Source: Eledone cirrhosa
Lineage: Eukaryota
Length of the DNA: 64,000 bases
Assembly (NCBI GenBank): GCA_964016885.1
Contig: OZ024745.1
Location: 86,428,001-86,492,000, forward strand
Reading direction: 5' to 3'
The translations under genes were made by a program, and so were the position numbers. The notes under the pieces are model-generated. The model saw nothing but the letters and a program-made list of their open reading frames with translations, made no database searches and had not been told where the DNA came from. Position 1 is the stretch's first letter. Each line of letters opens with the position of its first letter. Shown here one piece after another: positions 1 to 15,720 of the stretch.

Positions 1-53
1 ATGGTGTGTGTGTTTCTTGCTATTGGCACATTTGGCAACATACTACTTTGACG

Positions 54-400
54 CTAAACTCTGCCAGTTGCAGACTGCGCATCAACATGAGATATTTTTC
101 TCCACAAAGTTCGATCACCAACAGCAGAGTTTAAAAAGCAAAGATCAAGTCTAGTCCATAGGTTGACATTATCAAGCCATCGTTTTGGCTGCTGGCCTCT
201 GCTTCTCTTACCAGCCAACCTTCCTTCCAGGCATAACCGACTCACACCATGAGTTGATCTTTTTATATGGCCGTATAGTTTGAGTACTCTTGATTTGACA
301 ACTGATGTAACTGTTCTGAGTCTGGTAATGTTGAGCAACTCACTGATACAGATATGGTCACTGAGCCGCTTGCCAGTCATAAGTCTCATGATGTGGTTCT
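54..400 (-). mobile_element. 3' fragment of an RTE-type non-LTR retrotransposon ORF (intronic)
   Basis: Translation RVLKLYGHIKRS...LEGRLAGKRSRGQQPKRWLDNV...DRTLWRKI resembles the C-terminal tail of RTE-clade ORFs. Confidence 0.75.
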
Positions 401-955
401 GGAATGTAGAGGGCTTCTGAAGTGTATATCCTGTAGCTCCTAAATCTGTTTTGATATATATTGGCAACATAACCATCCCCAAATATAACAATTACATTAG
501 TTTTTATTTAAGGTGATAGCTTGGCCAGCACTAACTCTTACAAATATACCACTATTTAGTCAAGCAAATACGACTTAGTGCTGTGTACATATTAGAATAT
601 AATATGCAGTCATACATTTGGTAAATACCCTTGTAAAAACATTTTTCATTTAGATATTTAATAATTTCTAATCTAGTCACAGTCTACAATTGGTGGGGAA
701 GGGGATGTAGATTATATTGACCCCCAGTATTTGACTGGTTCTATCTTATAGACCCTTGAACGACAAAAGGTAGAGTTAACCGTAGTAGAATTTGTAAGAA
801 ATGGGCAATTTTTGTAAAGCATTCTGTCCAGTGCTCTGATTCTGCCAATTCTCTACTCTTATAAATTATCTTATAATGAATTATGTTTTAAAATTTCATA
901 ATCTTTTTGATAAGGAAACCGTTGACCCATTTTATTTATCTTTAAAAAAAATTAG

Positions 956-1219
<264 letters not shown>

Positions 1220-2196
1220 TGAAGAGTTTATTTTTACCTTCCATCATATCAGTTTATATGCAAAGGACAAATTTGAACTCGGCATAAATTATTTTGTATA
1301 TATTACTAAAATGGACAGCTCAGTCATTAAGTATTGTATTGTATTAATTTATTTTATATCCTAGATATTGTGAATAGCATCATCATTTCCAATAAGCCAA
1401 TTACTAGTTCATTGCATTACCAATGGTGAGAGTGACTCTGGTGTGTCTGTTCCTCTTGGCTGGATGGAATATATGCTGCAAGAAATTGTACAAAAAATTG
1501 TAACCAACACGAGCTAAAGACACTTAAAGAAAACGACTTCCAGTATTGCTACGATTATTGGGGAAAACGGAACCACTGTGTGGTTTTCCAAGGGTCGTAT
1601 TTTTAAGGAGATAACTTGAATTTCATGTACGTCTACTATGCATTTAAATAAAACATCAGTACCCTTACTTCTGGGACAAACCTCATGTTTATTTATCTTG
1701 ACTTTTGACTAGATTTAGGAGTACAATCATTTTTATCAATCTTATGAATAAAAGCTGTTTGTATTCTAAAATATTCACTTTTTATTGTAGAGAAAGGAAA
1801 TTTAAAATTAATACAAGAAAGCAACTTTTAAAAAAAAAATCAAAATCTTATATTTCCAAGAAGGTAATTATAATTCTCTGTCTACAAAACTGGTACTTGG
1901 CTCTAGTTTTATGGCAGTAGTATTCCAGAATATACCTACCTTTTCCTGATAATTTGAAGAGCTAAGCTGTGTGAAACCAAGTATACTTCTCAAATACAGT
2001 TACATTTACAATAGATTTCACCTGGAGTCCCACAAATACTAGATTTCTTCCTTCCCTATATAGTATCATATTTAATAATGGGAATAAATCCAGCATTGTG
2101 ATTTATGCTTCAATTTCAATAGTATTTTTTTATGAAAATAAATAATCTACATGTAGACAAGATAATAAGTGTTATATATTTCATGGAAATATATAA

Positions 2197-2688
<492 letters not shown>

Positions 2689-5600
2689 TAGCATGGAGAT
2701 AGCCTGTTGAGCACTTAGGAGTCTTTATTATACTTCAGTCTGTTCTGGGACCACATTACATATTTTACCATGCAGTGATGAGTTGTATGGGATGCAGTGT
2801 GGTTATTGTGGTCAGGGCAAGTAGTTGTCATTTTATTTGGTTTGTTCTAATAGAGTATCTTTGATGGTCACTGTTGGGGGAGACAGGCAAGTTAAGACTT
2901 GATCAGTGGGCACCAATTTCAATTCCCTCTGGACAACATATCACTAAATTTTGCCTAGTTTGGCAAGTAATGCTGCCCTTTTAAAAAAAAAAAAGAAAAA
3001 CAAACAAACATTTTTTTGTTACATACGTATTTTGTTTTTGTCTGGAACAGATGAGAAATAGTAATTCTTTCAGTGTTGCTATTGTGAGCTAACCTGGGAT
3101 ATTACTGATGTTTGAGGCTGGTTGAATATCTCATTCCAGAAGTAATGCAGATTGGAGCTGACTGTAGTCATGAGCAATACACTGGCTGTATGTTCAATAG
3201 TCTTTCAGTGTTAATGTTTTTATTTATCTTTCTAGGTATTTTGTGGATTTGCAGCCTTATGATGTGGAAAACATTTTTTTTTTCTATAACTATTGTATTA
3301 TATAAATAATTCCTTATATGAATGTTTTTAAGTTTGTAGGTTGTAGATTTAGTAGTTGTAGATTGCTTATTCTAAAATATTCGATATATTTTAGTTTGAT
3401 TAATGTATAGCAGATCCATCCAAACTATTTAGAAATTGGATGTTTAAATTAATTGGTTAACATTAAATTTTTGTTGATTTTGGACTTAGCATAATTTACT
3501 ATTTTCTTTCCAAGTAAATACCAATATTCAAAAGGTGTTCAGTGTGGTCTAATTTTATCTTGTTTGAACTCCCTAAAACACACACATACTGTCTTTCCTT
3601 TTTATGACCCCTAAACAACTGCTATTTTGGTCTTTTCATTATTTTTATTGAAATTGATCTCATAAGGAATATTAAAATCTAGCAGTGGTTTACTTTTCTC
3701 CAGTGGAGACAGTTTGAGTTAACTGCCATTCTAAAGGATCTTGGTAGTGTAATGGTTGTGATTAAGATAGTAGTTACTGACTTAATATACTAAATGTTAT
3801 ATATATATATGTATATACACCTTACCATCAGGCCTATTTATTTCAGTGCAGTTATATCAGATTGAAAATAATAATTAACTAATAATTGATCTTTGAATAA
3901 CTCTAGTAAAATTCATCACCAATATTGTTTTTAGTATTTTCTTCAGTTTTGTCCATTTATCTTTTACTTTAGAAAGTATATGAAAGGGTTTTAAATTTTC
4001 CCCTAAACTTGTTAACAATCTATAAATAATGTAGTTTTCTCTCTCTCCTCCTCTTTTTTTTTTTTTGCTTCAGAACTAACTTTTTATTAAAATTGTATTT
4101 TTTTTTTTTATTTGACTGGTTATTCTGGTCGTTATTGTTTTAATTATTAATGGGAATTAAAAGATGGTTTAGTTTTCTTTTTCTTGTTTGACCAGTTATT
4201 GTAGTTTTTTTCCTTAAATGGAAATTGAAATATGCCTGGTTTCTTTATTCTTTTCGCTCTTTTCCCTTGTTCTCTATATTTCTATGTAGAAATATTAAAA
4301 CTGTGTCATTATACAATAACTGACTATAAGATACAACACACTCGTCTATGAACCAGACATTTCTTATCTATTTTTTTTCCATTGATTTCTTACTCCTGTC
4401 TATTCCTTTTCTTTTTACTCTCTCTTTCTCTCTATCTCCTCACACGCACCTTCACAGCAATTGTATACACCTAATTGGAAGTTACTGTGAGCTCATTACT
4501 ATAAATTTACACACATGAACACGAAGCAAATACAACGTGCATTTTCAACCACTGTATACACATACATGTTGTAAATTCACAATGGTAAAATATATTTCAA
4601 CATACATACACACTACAAATGTAGTTGTAAATTCACAATGGTAACATAAACTTCTACACGCACAGACATACGGACACACACTTGTATGAAATGATTTCCA
4701 TTTTTTCTTTTCCAGTGCCTGTTTAGTAGCACAGCTGTAACGTTTCTAAATATATTGAACTGGTTGAGCCTTAATTGCCTCATTAGCTACAAGCTCTCCT
4801 ATTTTCTGTAGGAAACATCTCCAGTTATAATCACTATCACTGAAAGGACTAGCTAGCTAAGTTTTTTTTTTCTCCCCTTATTTGTAGATATTTTAGTTGT
4901 TACTTTATTTTTCTGTTGATGTAAAATATACTGTAATAACACTATAATGACCTCAATATTCCTTCTTAAAAGTGAGCTCATCTATAATCTGCTATCATAG
5001 ATGATTATTGTTCTTTTTGATTAATGAAAATTACTAAACATTTTTTTTCTGAGGCAAGAATTAGTGGGGTTGGTTTACGATCAAATCTTTTGTTCTCTCA
5101 TGGTTGTGATTTCTATGTAAATTATATCATTAATACACTTCTGAGAGAATAACATAGACTAGAGTTTAATAATAAAAAAAAAAGAAACCAATATTTGAAA
5201 TGGAAAATATATCTAATATGTATTAGTGTTACAATTGCTTAAACAAAAAGGAAACCGCCAGTTAAGATTAGCTGATTTTGAATACTTGCTTAAAAAAAAT
5301 AATTAACTTTATTTAAGCTGCATGTATCTTTGAGAAAAGTATGAATGTTACTACACTTTCCTAATTTCCTTGCCTACAGATTTGTGACTTCCTACTAAGA
5401 AACCACTTAATGAAAACTCTACAAATAGTTCCTTAACTTGAATTTTTTGTTTGAAATTTCAAACAAAATTGTTTATAAACTAAATTTTGAGTGATAATGG
5501 TTGAAAATGAACAAAGAAAAAGGGGTTGGGGGGTGCTTTAGGCAGTAATTCATTACAAATTGAAAAGCAAAATGGAATTTCAATTTGAGATCAACAAACA

Positions 5601-5835
5601 AAAATTTAGTTTTATTTCAATTCAAATATAGATTTCAGTATCAATTAAACATAGTTTCCCTCAATTTGACCTTCCAACCTTAATTTTATTTATATAAAAT
5701 GTTTACCTACTTGAACTTTCAAATAGGTGGTGGAGTGTTGAAGAAGATGCTATTAAGATATTCAGTTTCATATTTTTTTCATTTTGGCACCACCTCAAAT
5801 GTGACCAGCAGTGGCAGCAGCCATTGATGTTATTT

Positions 5836-5887
<52 letters not shown>

Positions 5888-6230
5888 TTCTAACATTTTT
5901 TTTTTTTATTGACTTATAATTTAAATGAATCAACCTATTTTTTTAAATGGTCCTTATTAACTCCTGAAATTCCAAATTAATAAGATAGGTGGCAGATATG
6001 TCAAAACATATCCATACACATTCTGCTCTTGTACTATTCACAGTTGGAAGGTTCCCTATATTTTTATCCTTCCAGGGTCAATAAAAGTATTACTAATTAC
6101 ATACTGGGATCAGTTCAGTTTGAACCCATGCCCTTCTATCCCCAAAAAAGAAGACAATTGTGGCCCTTGGTTAGAAATCAGTATTGATAAGAAGCATTAC
6201 TAAATACCTGACAATATTTAGTTTTGTTAA

Positions 6231-6428
6231 CCCATTAACATTTAAACCAGTCATATCTGGCCAAAATTCTCTCACCTCTTACTGTTCAAACTGGCTGTTC
6301 ATACTTATGTTAAGGTATTGCTCTCAAAATAAACAATATCAAAATCTCATAGATTTGATATTATGTGAAATAAAGCCTTTACCGTGAAAATACAATAGTG
6401 AATATAGAATAATTTAAATGTTAAAGGG
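6231..6428. mobile_element. Short TTAA-targeting (piggyBac-type) MITE
   Basis: TTAA|CCCATTAACATTTAAA...AAATGTTAAAGGG|TTGA; internal sequence homologous to 9613-9782. Confidence 0.7.
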
Positions 6429-7303
6429 TTGAGAGACAGTAGATTGGAAGAATTGTTAGAGCATTGGACACCATGCTTTACAGCGTTTAGTTATGGCCCT
6501 TTGTGTTCTGAGTGTAAATCTCACTTAGGTCAACTACGCCTCTCAACCTTCTGGGTTTGATAAAATAAAGTACCAGTCAAATACTGCAATTTATTTATTC
6601 AACTTTGCCTTTCCTCTTCCAAGTTTTCTTGACTTCAGTCTAAATTAGAAATCAATATTTAGATTTGTTTTATATTTTTTTATGTTGAGCTCTTGTTGAG
6701 GCCAATGAAATACTTATATACTATGTGCAGGGAGGGTTCAATTATCTATGTCTCTAGACAAAAAGCAGTATAATTATAAGTAAAAACCAGCTGTTAAAAC
6801 ACAATTTATATTACTATTAATGTTTAAGAAATTGATATTACTATTACTATTAATGTTTAAGAAAAAAGGATAATTAGTATTTTTTCTATTATAATAACAA
6901 CAAAATATTTAAAAAAGAAAATGTTAACTTTGTCTGTCTTTCAGAGAAATACATGCATTCTTTAAGCTTGTCCCGACTCTTAATTTACAATTCTACTTAC
7001 TGACCTGTTGTGGTTTAAGTAGGAGAGGAAATATATACATGTTTCAAGTAGAGTTAGCTAATATCAGTTTTGTTATTAAATATATATTGAGAACCCTATA
7101 GCTGTGCTACTACATCTTTTGTGGACTTTCTTTGGCTGTGCACCCTCTCATTGTCTTAGATCTTTTTTTTTTTTTTTTCTAAAACTTCTTAAAATGAGAC
7201 AATATTAATTGTCACAATTGTGAACTAATTACCATCCATGCAAATTAAGATAATTAGGAAATAAAGAGCTTTAGTGAGTTTATTTATTAATTGAAGTTTA
7301 ATT

Positions 7304-7420
<117 letters not shown>

Positions 7421-8155
7421 TATATAATTCAGGTTTTGTCAATTCATTGTTGCTGTATTCACTTCTGCTGTCACAGTTCCACCAGGCTTCAAGAAAATCA
7501 CACTGTATTGGAGGAAACTGGTCCTTGTGAAATTCTAACATTGATCATGGTTAGATAAAGTGTGCATAATCTAAAGCTGATTTGATTATGTGACTAATTT
7601 AGATTGTTTAGACAATATATGTTAGAAGACTAAAATATATTGATTGAATCTGATTATTGCTATGCATATTTTTGTTTTTAAATTGTAAGCTTCAGATTAA
7701 GGCAGTGGCAACAATAATAATGATAATAATACAAATAATTGTAGAGGTAAATTGCATAAAGTATTTTTATAGTTGATGGTTTGACTGAGTCGTTAGGCAC
7801 TGGAGAAACAGTAAAAGATCTCTTGAAATAAAGCTATGCTGTAAAAGTTCCAAAAGCAACAGGATGAAAGATTAATGACCACAGTAACTAGCTAATGAGT
7901 TTAAAATGGGTATTTTGATGCAACTGTCTACCACCGATTTCTTCATGTAAAGAGGATCCAAAGAAAATTGTTTTATCAAATTCCGTAAACAAGTCACAAC
8001 CTCTATGGATGTTTTCCTCCTCATAAATTTTCCTGTCGTTCTTTGTGTTATTGTTGCTACTCCACATTCTAACTGCTATTATTGTTGTTGTAACTTGAGT
8101 CGGGTGCACTGCCTAATTCTGTGGCTTCCTTTTAGTCGCCCATCATGTTGTCTGA

Positions 8156-8368
<213 letters not shown>

Positions 8369-8499
8369 TAATGAAAGCATCTCTAACCAGAGTTTCTTAT
8401 TACTTTATGTAAATTATTTCATTCAATGGCTTATTAAAAAAAGTATAGTATAATTTGATTTGGGCCTGCTCTTTTCACATTCTGAATGGTCTTAATTAA

Positions 8500-9782
8500 T
8501 CCTTTAGCATTTAACCCTTTAGTGTTCAAATCAGCCGCAATTATTTCTCCTTCATTTGTTCAATCCGCCAGAAACTGGTCGATAACACCCACACTAAAAT
8601 ATTGTTCTAAAAATAAACAATACCGTCATCAAAAATCTCGCCAATTCGAGATTACTGCGAGATTAGGCCCTTACCGCGAAAATTAACACTTAATATAGTG
8701 AAACAACTTAAAACAACACGTTTTTTTAACGTTAAAAGTAGAACAGATTTTTTCTGTATCAACATAGCTTGTGAAAGTAGTGGTACCTACTTTGAAGGTT
8801 TTACACACGACGACATTCACAATGAACAAGAAACAAAAGATAATATTAGTGATCTATCTTCAAATGAATCAGATGTTTACATTTCTAAAATTTCATCTGA
8901 CGATGATTGTTTTGAAAGTGAAAACGAAGGAGATCTCCAGGACACCATTGAAAATATTACAGCAACGTGGTTGAAAAATACCACATCAATATATGTTCCC
9001 GATTTTATTCAAAATACTGGTCCACAACACACATTAGCTCCCGATGCTAAAGCACTGGATTATTTCTTTTTGTTTTTACCACAAACTTTCTTTGAAGTTG
9101 TGGCAGAAGAGACTAATCGATATGCCCAACAACAAATTTCAAATCGAGGAAAACCCGATCTGTTTGGTGCCCGACAGATGCTGCAGAAATGCAAGCATTT
9201 TTTACCGTAAATATTATGTTCGGTATGAAACAATTTCCAAGACTCTGGAATTACTGGACCACTGATATAAGGTTTCGTGATCCTTATATATCAAATATTA
9301 TGCCAAAAACAACATATTTAAAATTAAACCAGTATTTGCACCTGGTTGATACTTCAAATGCCCCTTATTAAATTAATTTCACCTGCCCATAAAAGTCAAA
9401 TTTAACCAAAAAAATCAAGTAAAATTATATAATTGTAAATTATTGATATTTAAACATCTACTGACAAAATTTCAAGCCTGCACATAGAAAATTAAGAAAG
9501 TTAGAAACAAATAAAATTGATAACCCTCTTGAGTACGATTAACTGAAAATAATGTGAATAGATAAACATGACATTTGACAAGAAACAATTAATGTGAATA
9601 CTAAAGGGTTAAACCGGCCAAATTTGGCCCGAATTCTCTTACATCTTTCTGTTCAAACTGGCTGTAACCAGCCACTCATACTGATATTAAGGTATTGTTC
9701 TCAAAATAAATATTATCAAAATCTCATAGATTCGATATTAGCCTTTACCATGTAAATATAGAATAATGCAAATGCTAAAGGG
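8500..9782. mobile_element. TTAA MITE (same family as 6231-6428) interrupted by a piggyBac derivative
   Basis: TTAA|TCCTTTAGCAT...AATGCTAAAGGG|TTAA; insertion sits at the internal TTAA at 8511-8514. Confidence 0.7.
8515..9608 (+). mobile_element. Internally deleted piggyBac element (N-terminal transposase remnant)
   Basis: TTAA TSDs; TIRs CCCTTTAG/CTAAAGGG; peptides ALDYFFLFLPQTFFEVVAEETNRYAQQ and RLWNYWTTD...ISNIMPKTTYLKLNQYLH are typical of PGBD-like transposases; frameshifted and truncated. Confidence 0.88.
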
Positions 9783-9919
9783 TTAATACTCTAAATTTCG
9801 ATTTAATTGTACTTCATTGTTAAATTCTTGCCTTTTTGTTTGATAATTTGAATTTTATTAGTAATGCTAGATAAATGAAATTAAATACAATAAATTTGTT
9901 CCACAAATCATCATTATTA

Positions 9920-10391
<472 letters not shown>

Positions 10392-13300
10392 TGACTGCCT
10401 GCCTTCCTGTTTGTCTGCAAACATATATCAAATAGATTGGTTTTGTGATTGTGAAACCCGGCTGCTTTGCTTCAGTTGGAAAGGATACTGCTGTGTAACT
10501 ATATGGAGCAAATATGGTAGCTTTGGAAAACATCACACGCACACATATTTGGGTACAGGGATTCTTTTTGTTTTGAATGACCATGACCACATTTATAATG
10601 AAATACACTCTATTTCAATAAGTTAATGAATTTTGAGGGATTTACAAAACTTGTCAATTATTTCATTACTAATATAGTAATTTAATCTATGGTTCTTATA
10701 TAAAATTATGTTGGAAGATTTTAATTTAAATTGGAAACCTTTAAAATGGGTGGTTTTTATTTCATAGAAACAGAACTGGTTTTGGCTAGGTTGGAAACAA
10801 GGGTTAAGTAGATAGAAAATTAAACAATAGATTTCTAGGCATACAGAAAACCAAGAAAGGATAAAGAAAAATAAGAAGCATCTCACTTGGAGGTTATATT
10901 TTTTTTCATATATAACTTATTAATAATTAAAGCAGTTTGAATATACTTTCAATAATATTTTTTAAAATGGCTTTTAGCTTTACAAGTTTGAAAATATTTA
11001 TAAAACCTATTCTTTCAAAATAGTTATTTATTTCTATCAAATAGGTATTTATTTCTATCAAATGATATGGGGGAACTGAAGAAAATAAAATTAAATGGCC
11101 TTAAAAACAATGCAGTGCAATGTGAATCTATAACACATTATTTTATACTTTAACCAATTGTTTTAGTATCCAAGACTATGGATCTGCACCTAGTGATGTT
11201 TCAGTTTGTTGGTAAAGTGAAGTGAAGTGAAGTAATATTGGAATGTCCTCTCATATAATAGAACAACAGTTACCAATACAATAGGCATCCCTTCTCCATG
11301 TTACCTGTGTTGTTCAAAAGAAGGGCAAGGACCAATACAGTGTCATTGTAGGAGTTGCCACATTCAGCTCATGCTCTTCTGCTGATATTCAGACATTTAG
11401 CAGTTGGAGATTTTGTTGACCTCATACAAAATACTCAGTTATTTATCCATATAAATAGAGGCACACACCTTTGGATAATGCTACTAGTTTTCTTTGCAAT
11501 TAATTGCCTATCGAGTAAGGCCTCTGTAGTTCAAATCATACTTATATTCTATGAGTCAACCACAAGCTATATTGAATATTATGTTCCAAGTATTGGCCTT
11601 ACAAAAAGCGGTGTAAAGACTAAATAGTTTAACTATTTTAGAAGCCAATTGATCTATTGATAACTAGTTATATAAGGGAAATAACTCATCCTATTACTAT
11701 TTGACTTTGAAATGATAGGAAATGATTAGGCTTTTCGTTTTGTTTTGTTTATATCACAGTATCATATTCATCAATTGATAGTCTTTTTTTACTGAATCTT
11801 CTCAATATTCTCATTCTGATATATTCTTACTTTGACATCGTTAGTCTCACTTTGAAGTGACATGTGGTCACTTAGAATTACTTGATCTTTTGAAAAAAAA
11901 AAAGATTTCTCTTTAGATATAGAACAGGTGCAAAGGGTAGAGATTTGGGTGAACTCTCTGCTTTGATGCATGGCATTTCTGTTATCAAATTTATGTTAGC
12001 TTTGCTATTTATCTCTTATGTTCAAAACAGTTGGAATCAATCCAAATATATCCTTTTCCTAACAAATAATTTGTGTTGAATCAAAGGTGGGGATTAAAAG
12101 TGAAAATATTTTTTGTCTCTGAGCAAGTAGGTTTTTTTTTTCTGTACAAAAAAAAAAAAAAAAAAAAATCAATCTGTTTACCCAGGGAATTTCAGTTGTG
12201 TGTGTAAAGCTGTCTCACAGCTTCTCTTTACTAGGCTACGTTGCTACCATCTGTAGTTATCTCCCTTCTTTAACTGAGCACTGTTGACATCAAAGCAGTA
12301 TTTGTGTGTGTATAAATATGTGTGTACATGCATGTGTACTGTAAAAGGTGAAGTAATTGTAGATAAAGTATGTGTGTTCTGTAATGAATGGGAGTAGTAG
12401 CTATGCGGGTGACGTCAACCATGCTTTCATCTTCTTTAAAATTGTTTTTTTCAGGTATTCCAGTCTCGGCATCAGGTTTGGCTCACCGTACCTGCAGAGC
12501 TGAATATTAAGACAGTGTCTTCAGTTGTTCTCATTATTATTTGGTGTTTTTAAAATAGAGATCAATTAAGTTTAAGTTGGCGATCACTTATGTTAGTTCT
12601 AGGTTTATTTCTTGTGGATTATGAAGTTTTTGTAGGGCAGTAGAAATCGTTGACCACAATCAAATTAAAAAACAATTAACTATAACTCAGCATTTGATTA
12701 AATATTTCAAAATTCACCAGGAAAAAAGCAGGGAAATATTCCCATTATGTATTCATGAAGCTTTTGCTTATCATCTTTGTCACCAAACTGTGGAGCTTAT
12801 GACATGAAGTTTTCCTAGAGAAGTCACTTAGAATAAAGATTGCAGCTGAAACTATAAAGATTGCAGCTTTATAGTTTGTCTACTTACCTTATACCTCTTA
12901 TATGTCTTAGAAGAGCTGTTAGAAAAAGTGCAAATGGAAGAGACAAACCTAGATTGATTTCATTACTAATCACTAATGTAAACAAACTGGCTAAAGCTTT
13001 AATATCTTCCTCTACAATATACATAGTTTCAGCTGAGTTAGTTGTATCACAAAACTGAAGTTCAATGGTAAAAACGAAAGCTGTGGTACTGTGTAGTGTT
13101 AATATATTTAATGGCTAGACCTTTAAAAGGAGTTCCAGAATGCACAACAGATGTTGATATAACTGCAATGAATATTGCTGCTAATAAATACCAGATGTGA
13201 TTCAACTGCTTCAATATTTGAGATCTAAATATTTTACACTTTTAGTGTTCAGACAAACCTATAGTTAACTATTCCACTATATTTCTAATTTTATGGATGA

Positions 13301-14989
13301 AAAGATAAATTTTTAGATTATTTCATCTAATCTTTGTTTCTTTGATCTGACATTTAGCATTCTTGAAGATTAGTAGAATATATCATTTTTATCGAATGCT
13401 TTTTTCAGGACAACATGCTTTTAAAAATAAATCAGTTTAAAATATGAGCTCATGCACAGTATTTCATTCGGAAAGGAAAAAAAGAAACCTGCTTGCCTGT
13501 TGCTAATATTATCTTTAGTAAAGACATTCCCTCAAATTATCCGATTCTATTAAGTGAGCAAAAGATGGACTGTTGAAGGAATATCAGCTATTGCTATTTT
13601 TACACACACACACACACACACACACTTATGTTCATGTGTTTCTGACTTGTTTATGAAACAGTGTTTAAAAAATGTTTCTTTTGTGTATGTTTAAGGAGAA
13701 TTATTTCATTGTTGAGTGAACCATCATATCTTTTTGAAGCTTATCCTATATCTGGAGTGCTTCTCACAGTGTGTATGTGTATATATATATATACACACAT
13801 ACATACAGAGAGCTTAGTTTTGAAATTTGACCTATATGTCTATATTAATATATGAATGTATGATGTGTTCTTGGTGAATGTATTGTGAAGCATAGTTTCA
13901 ATTTGTACCTGGTAAAGGCTCCACTAATTTCTTAAATCTGAATCAACACAGCTCTACTTTTAAAAAAGCAAAAACAAATTCACACAAACTATAACATTTC
14001 CTTTAGTGGCGCTCTGTCCAGGAGAGGGGGGAGGGTCTTTTACGCTCAGCTACTTCATGCCACAAAACTGGGATAAGCACCTTAGATTTTATATGTAGTA
14101 GCAGTAATATTTTCAATTATGAAGTAAAAATGAGAGGCAGTTACATACTTCATTGTAAATAGTTAGATATGCCAGAGTTTTTTTTTTTAACAAACTTGCT
14201 TGTGTTGAATTAAAGTTCTAGTTTCATGTAGGATCATTGTGAGAGACTTCATGAAGTATATTTAGGAAAAAGTCAACTTGATATAGCCCATCCTTAACTG
14301 AAGCCACACTTAAGAGCTTTGAACTTAGCATCACATCCTACTGAAACAAGCCATTTTAGATTTAAATATACTGACAAACATGTTATGTAATACTGTTGAC
14401 ACTGTACAAATTTCAAACTTTTTGAGCAATGGACTGATTTTGTTATCACGCCGCTATATAAGGATTATACGCCTGTTATTACATAATATATTCCAAACGG
14501 CATTGGTATAAAATTATGAACGTTAGAGCCTTTGTTTAATGTGATGCCTGTGATTGTGTGGTCTGCCACTTTCATCATCATTATTATTACTATTGCTATT
14601 GTTGGTTCTTTTCTACTGTGGTTCCTGTCATACTCTTTTGCTCTCTGTCATTCTGCTTTTGGTCTATTCTGTGAATGTGTTGCAATGATGCTGTTTCTTG
14701 TACATGCAATATTATGATAACTACCTGCAATTTAACTTCCTGGTAGATTAAGTAGCCCCCCCCTCTCTCTCTATGTGTCTACCCACCCTTTCTCTCTCTC
14801 TCTCTATATATATATATACATACACACACACTGTATGTATGTGTGCATATATATATATATCTACCCTCTCTTTCTCTCTCTCTTTGTATATATAATGTGC
14901 TTGTCAATTTGGTTTTAGTTTGAGAGTTCTTTAGGTTTAATCCAAATCAGTACAGCAGAAATAGTGATGAATTGTGTGAAGTATTTGCT

Positions 14990-15022
<33 letters not shown>

Positions 15023-15070
15023 ATTCAATATATTTCTAGGTATTTTTAAATTTTTTATTTCATTGAATAA

Positions 15071-15265
<195 letters not shown>

Positions 15266-15459
15266 TAAGTATCCTTATATCATCACCATCATTATCTTCA
15301 TCACCGTTTAACGTTTATTTTCCACGCTAGCATTGAATACACGGGTTGTCCAGTTTGATTCAAGTCGGGTCTGGTGACTGTATCTTGCTCATACAGAACT
15401 GTTCCTGGCTCGGTTTCTATGGCTGGATGCCCTTTCTAATGCCAACCACATTGACGGTG

Positions 15460-15720
15460 TATGCTGGGTGCTTTTTGTCATGACTCCTACTTCACGAGAA
15501 AAAGCACCCAATCTACACTGTAGAGTGGTCATGCAGGTTTCACGACAAAAAGTGCACTCTGCTTTTTGTTGTGAAACCTACATGACCACTCTACAGTGTA
15601 GATTGGGTGCTTTTTCTCGTGAAACCTACATAGCACTTTACAATGTAGTCTGGGTGCTTTTTGTTGTGACACATAAAATGACCACTTTATAGTGTAGATT
15701 GGGTGCTGTTTGTTGTGGCA
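15460..15720. repeat. ~49-bp repeat units, partly inverted, forming a 62-bp-arm palindrome (15491-15623)
   Basis: Repeated gggtgctttttgttgtg...acatgaccactctacagtgtagatt units; 15491-15552 is the reverse complement of 15562-15623 with 2 differences. Confidence 0.85.
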
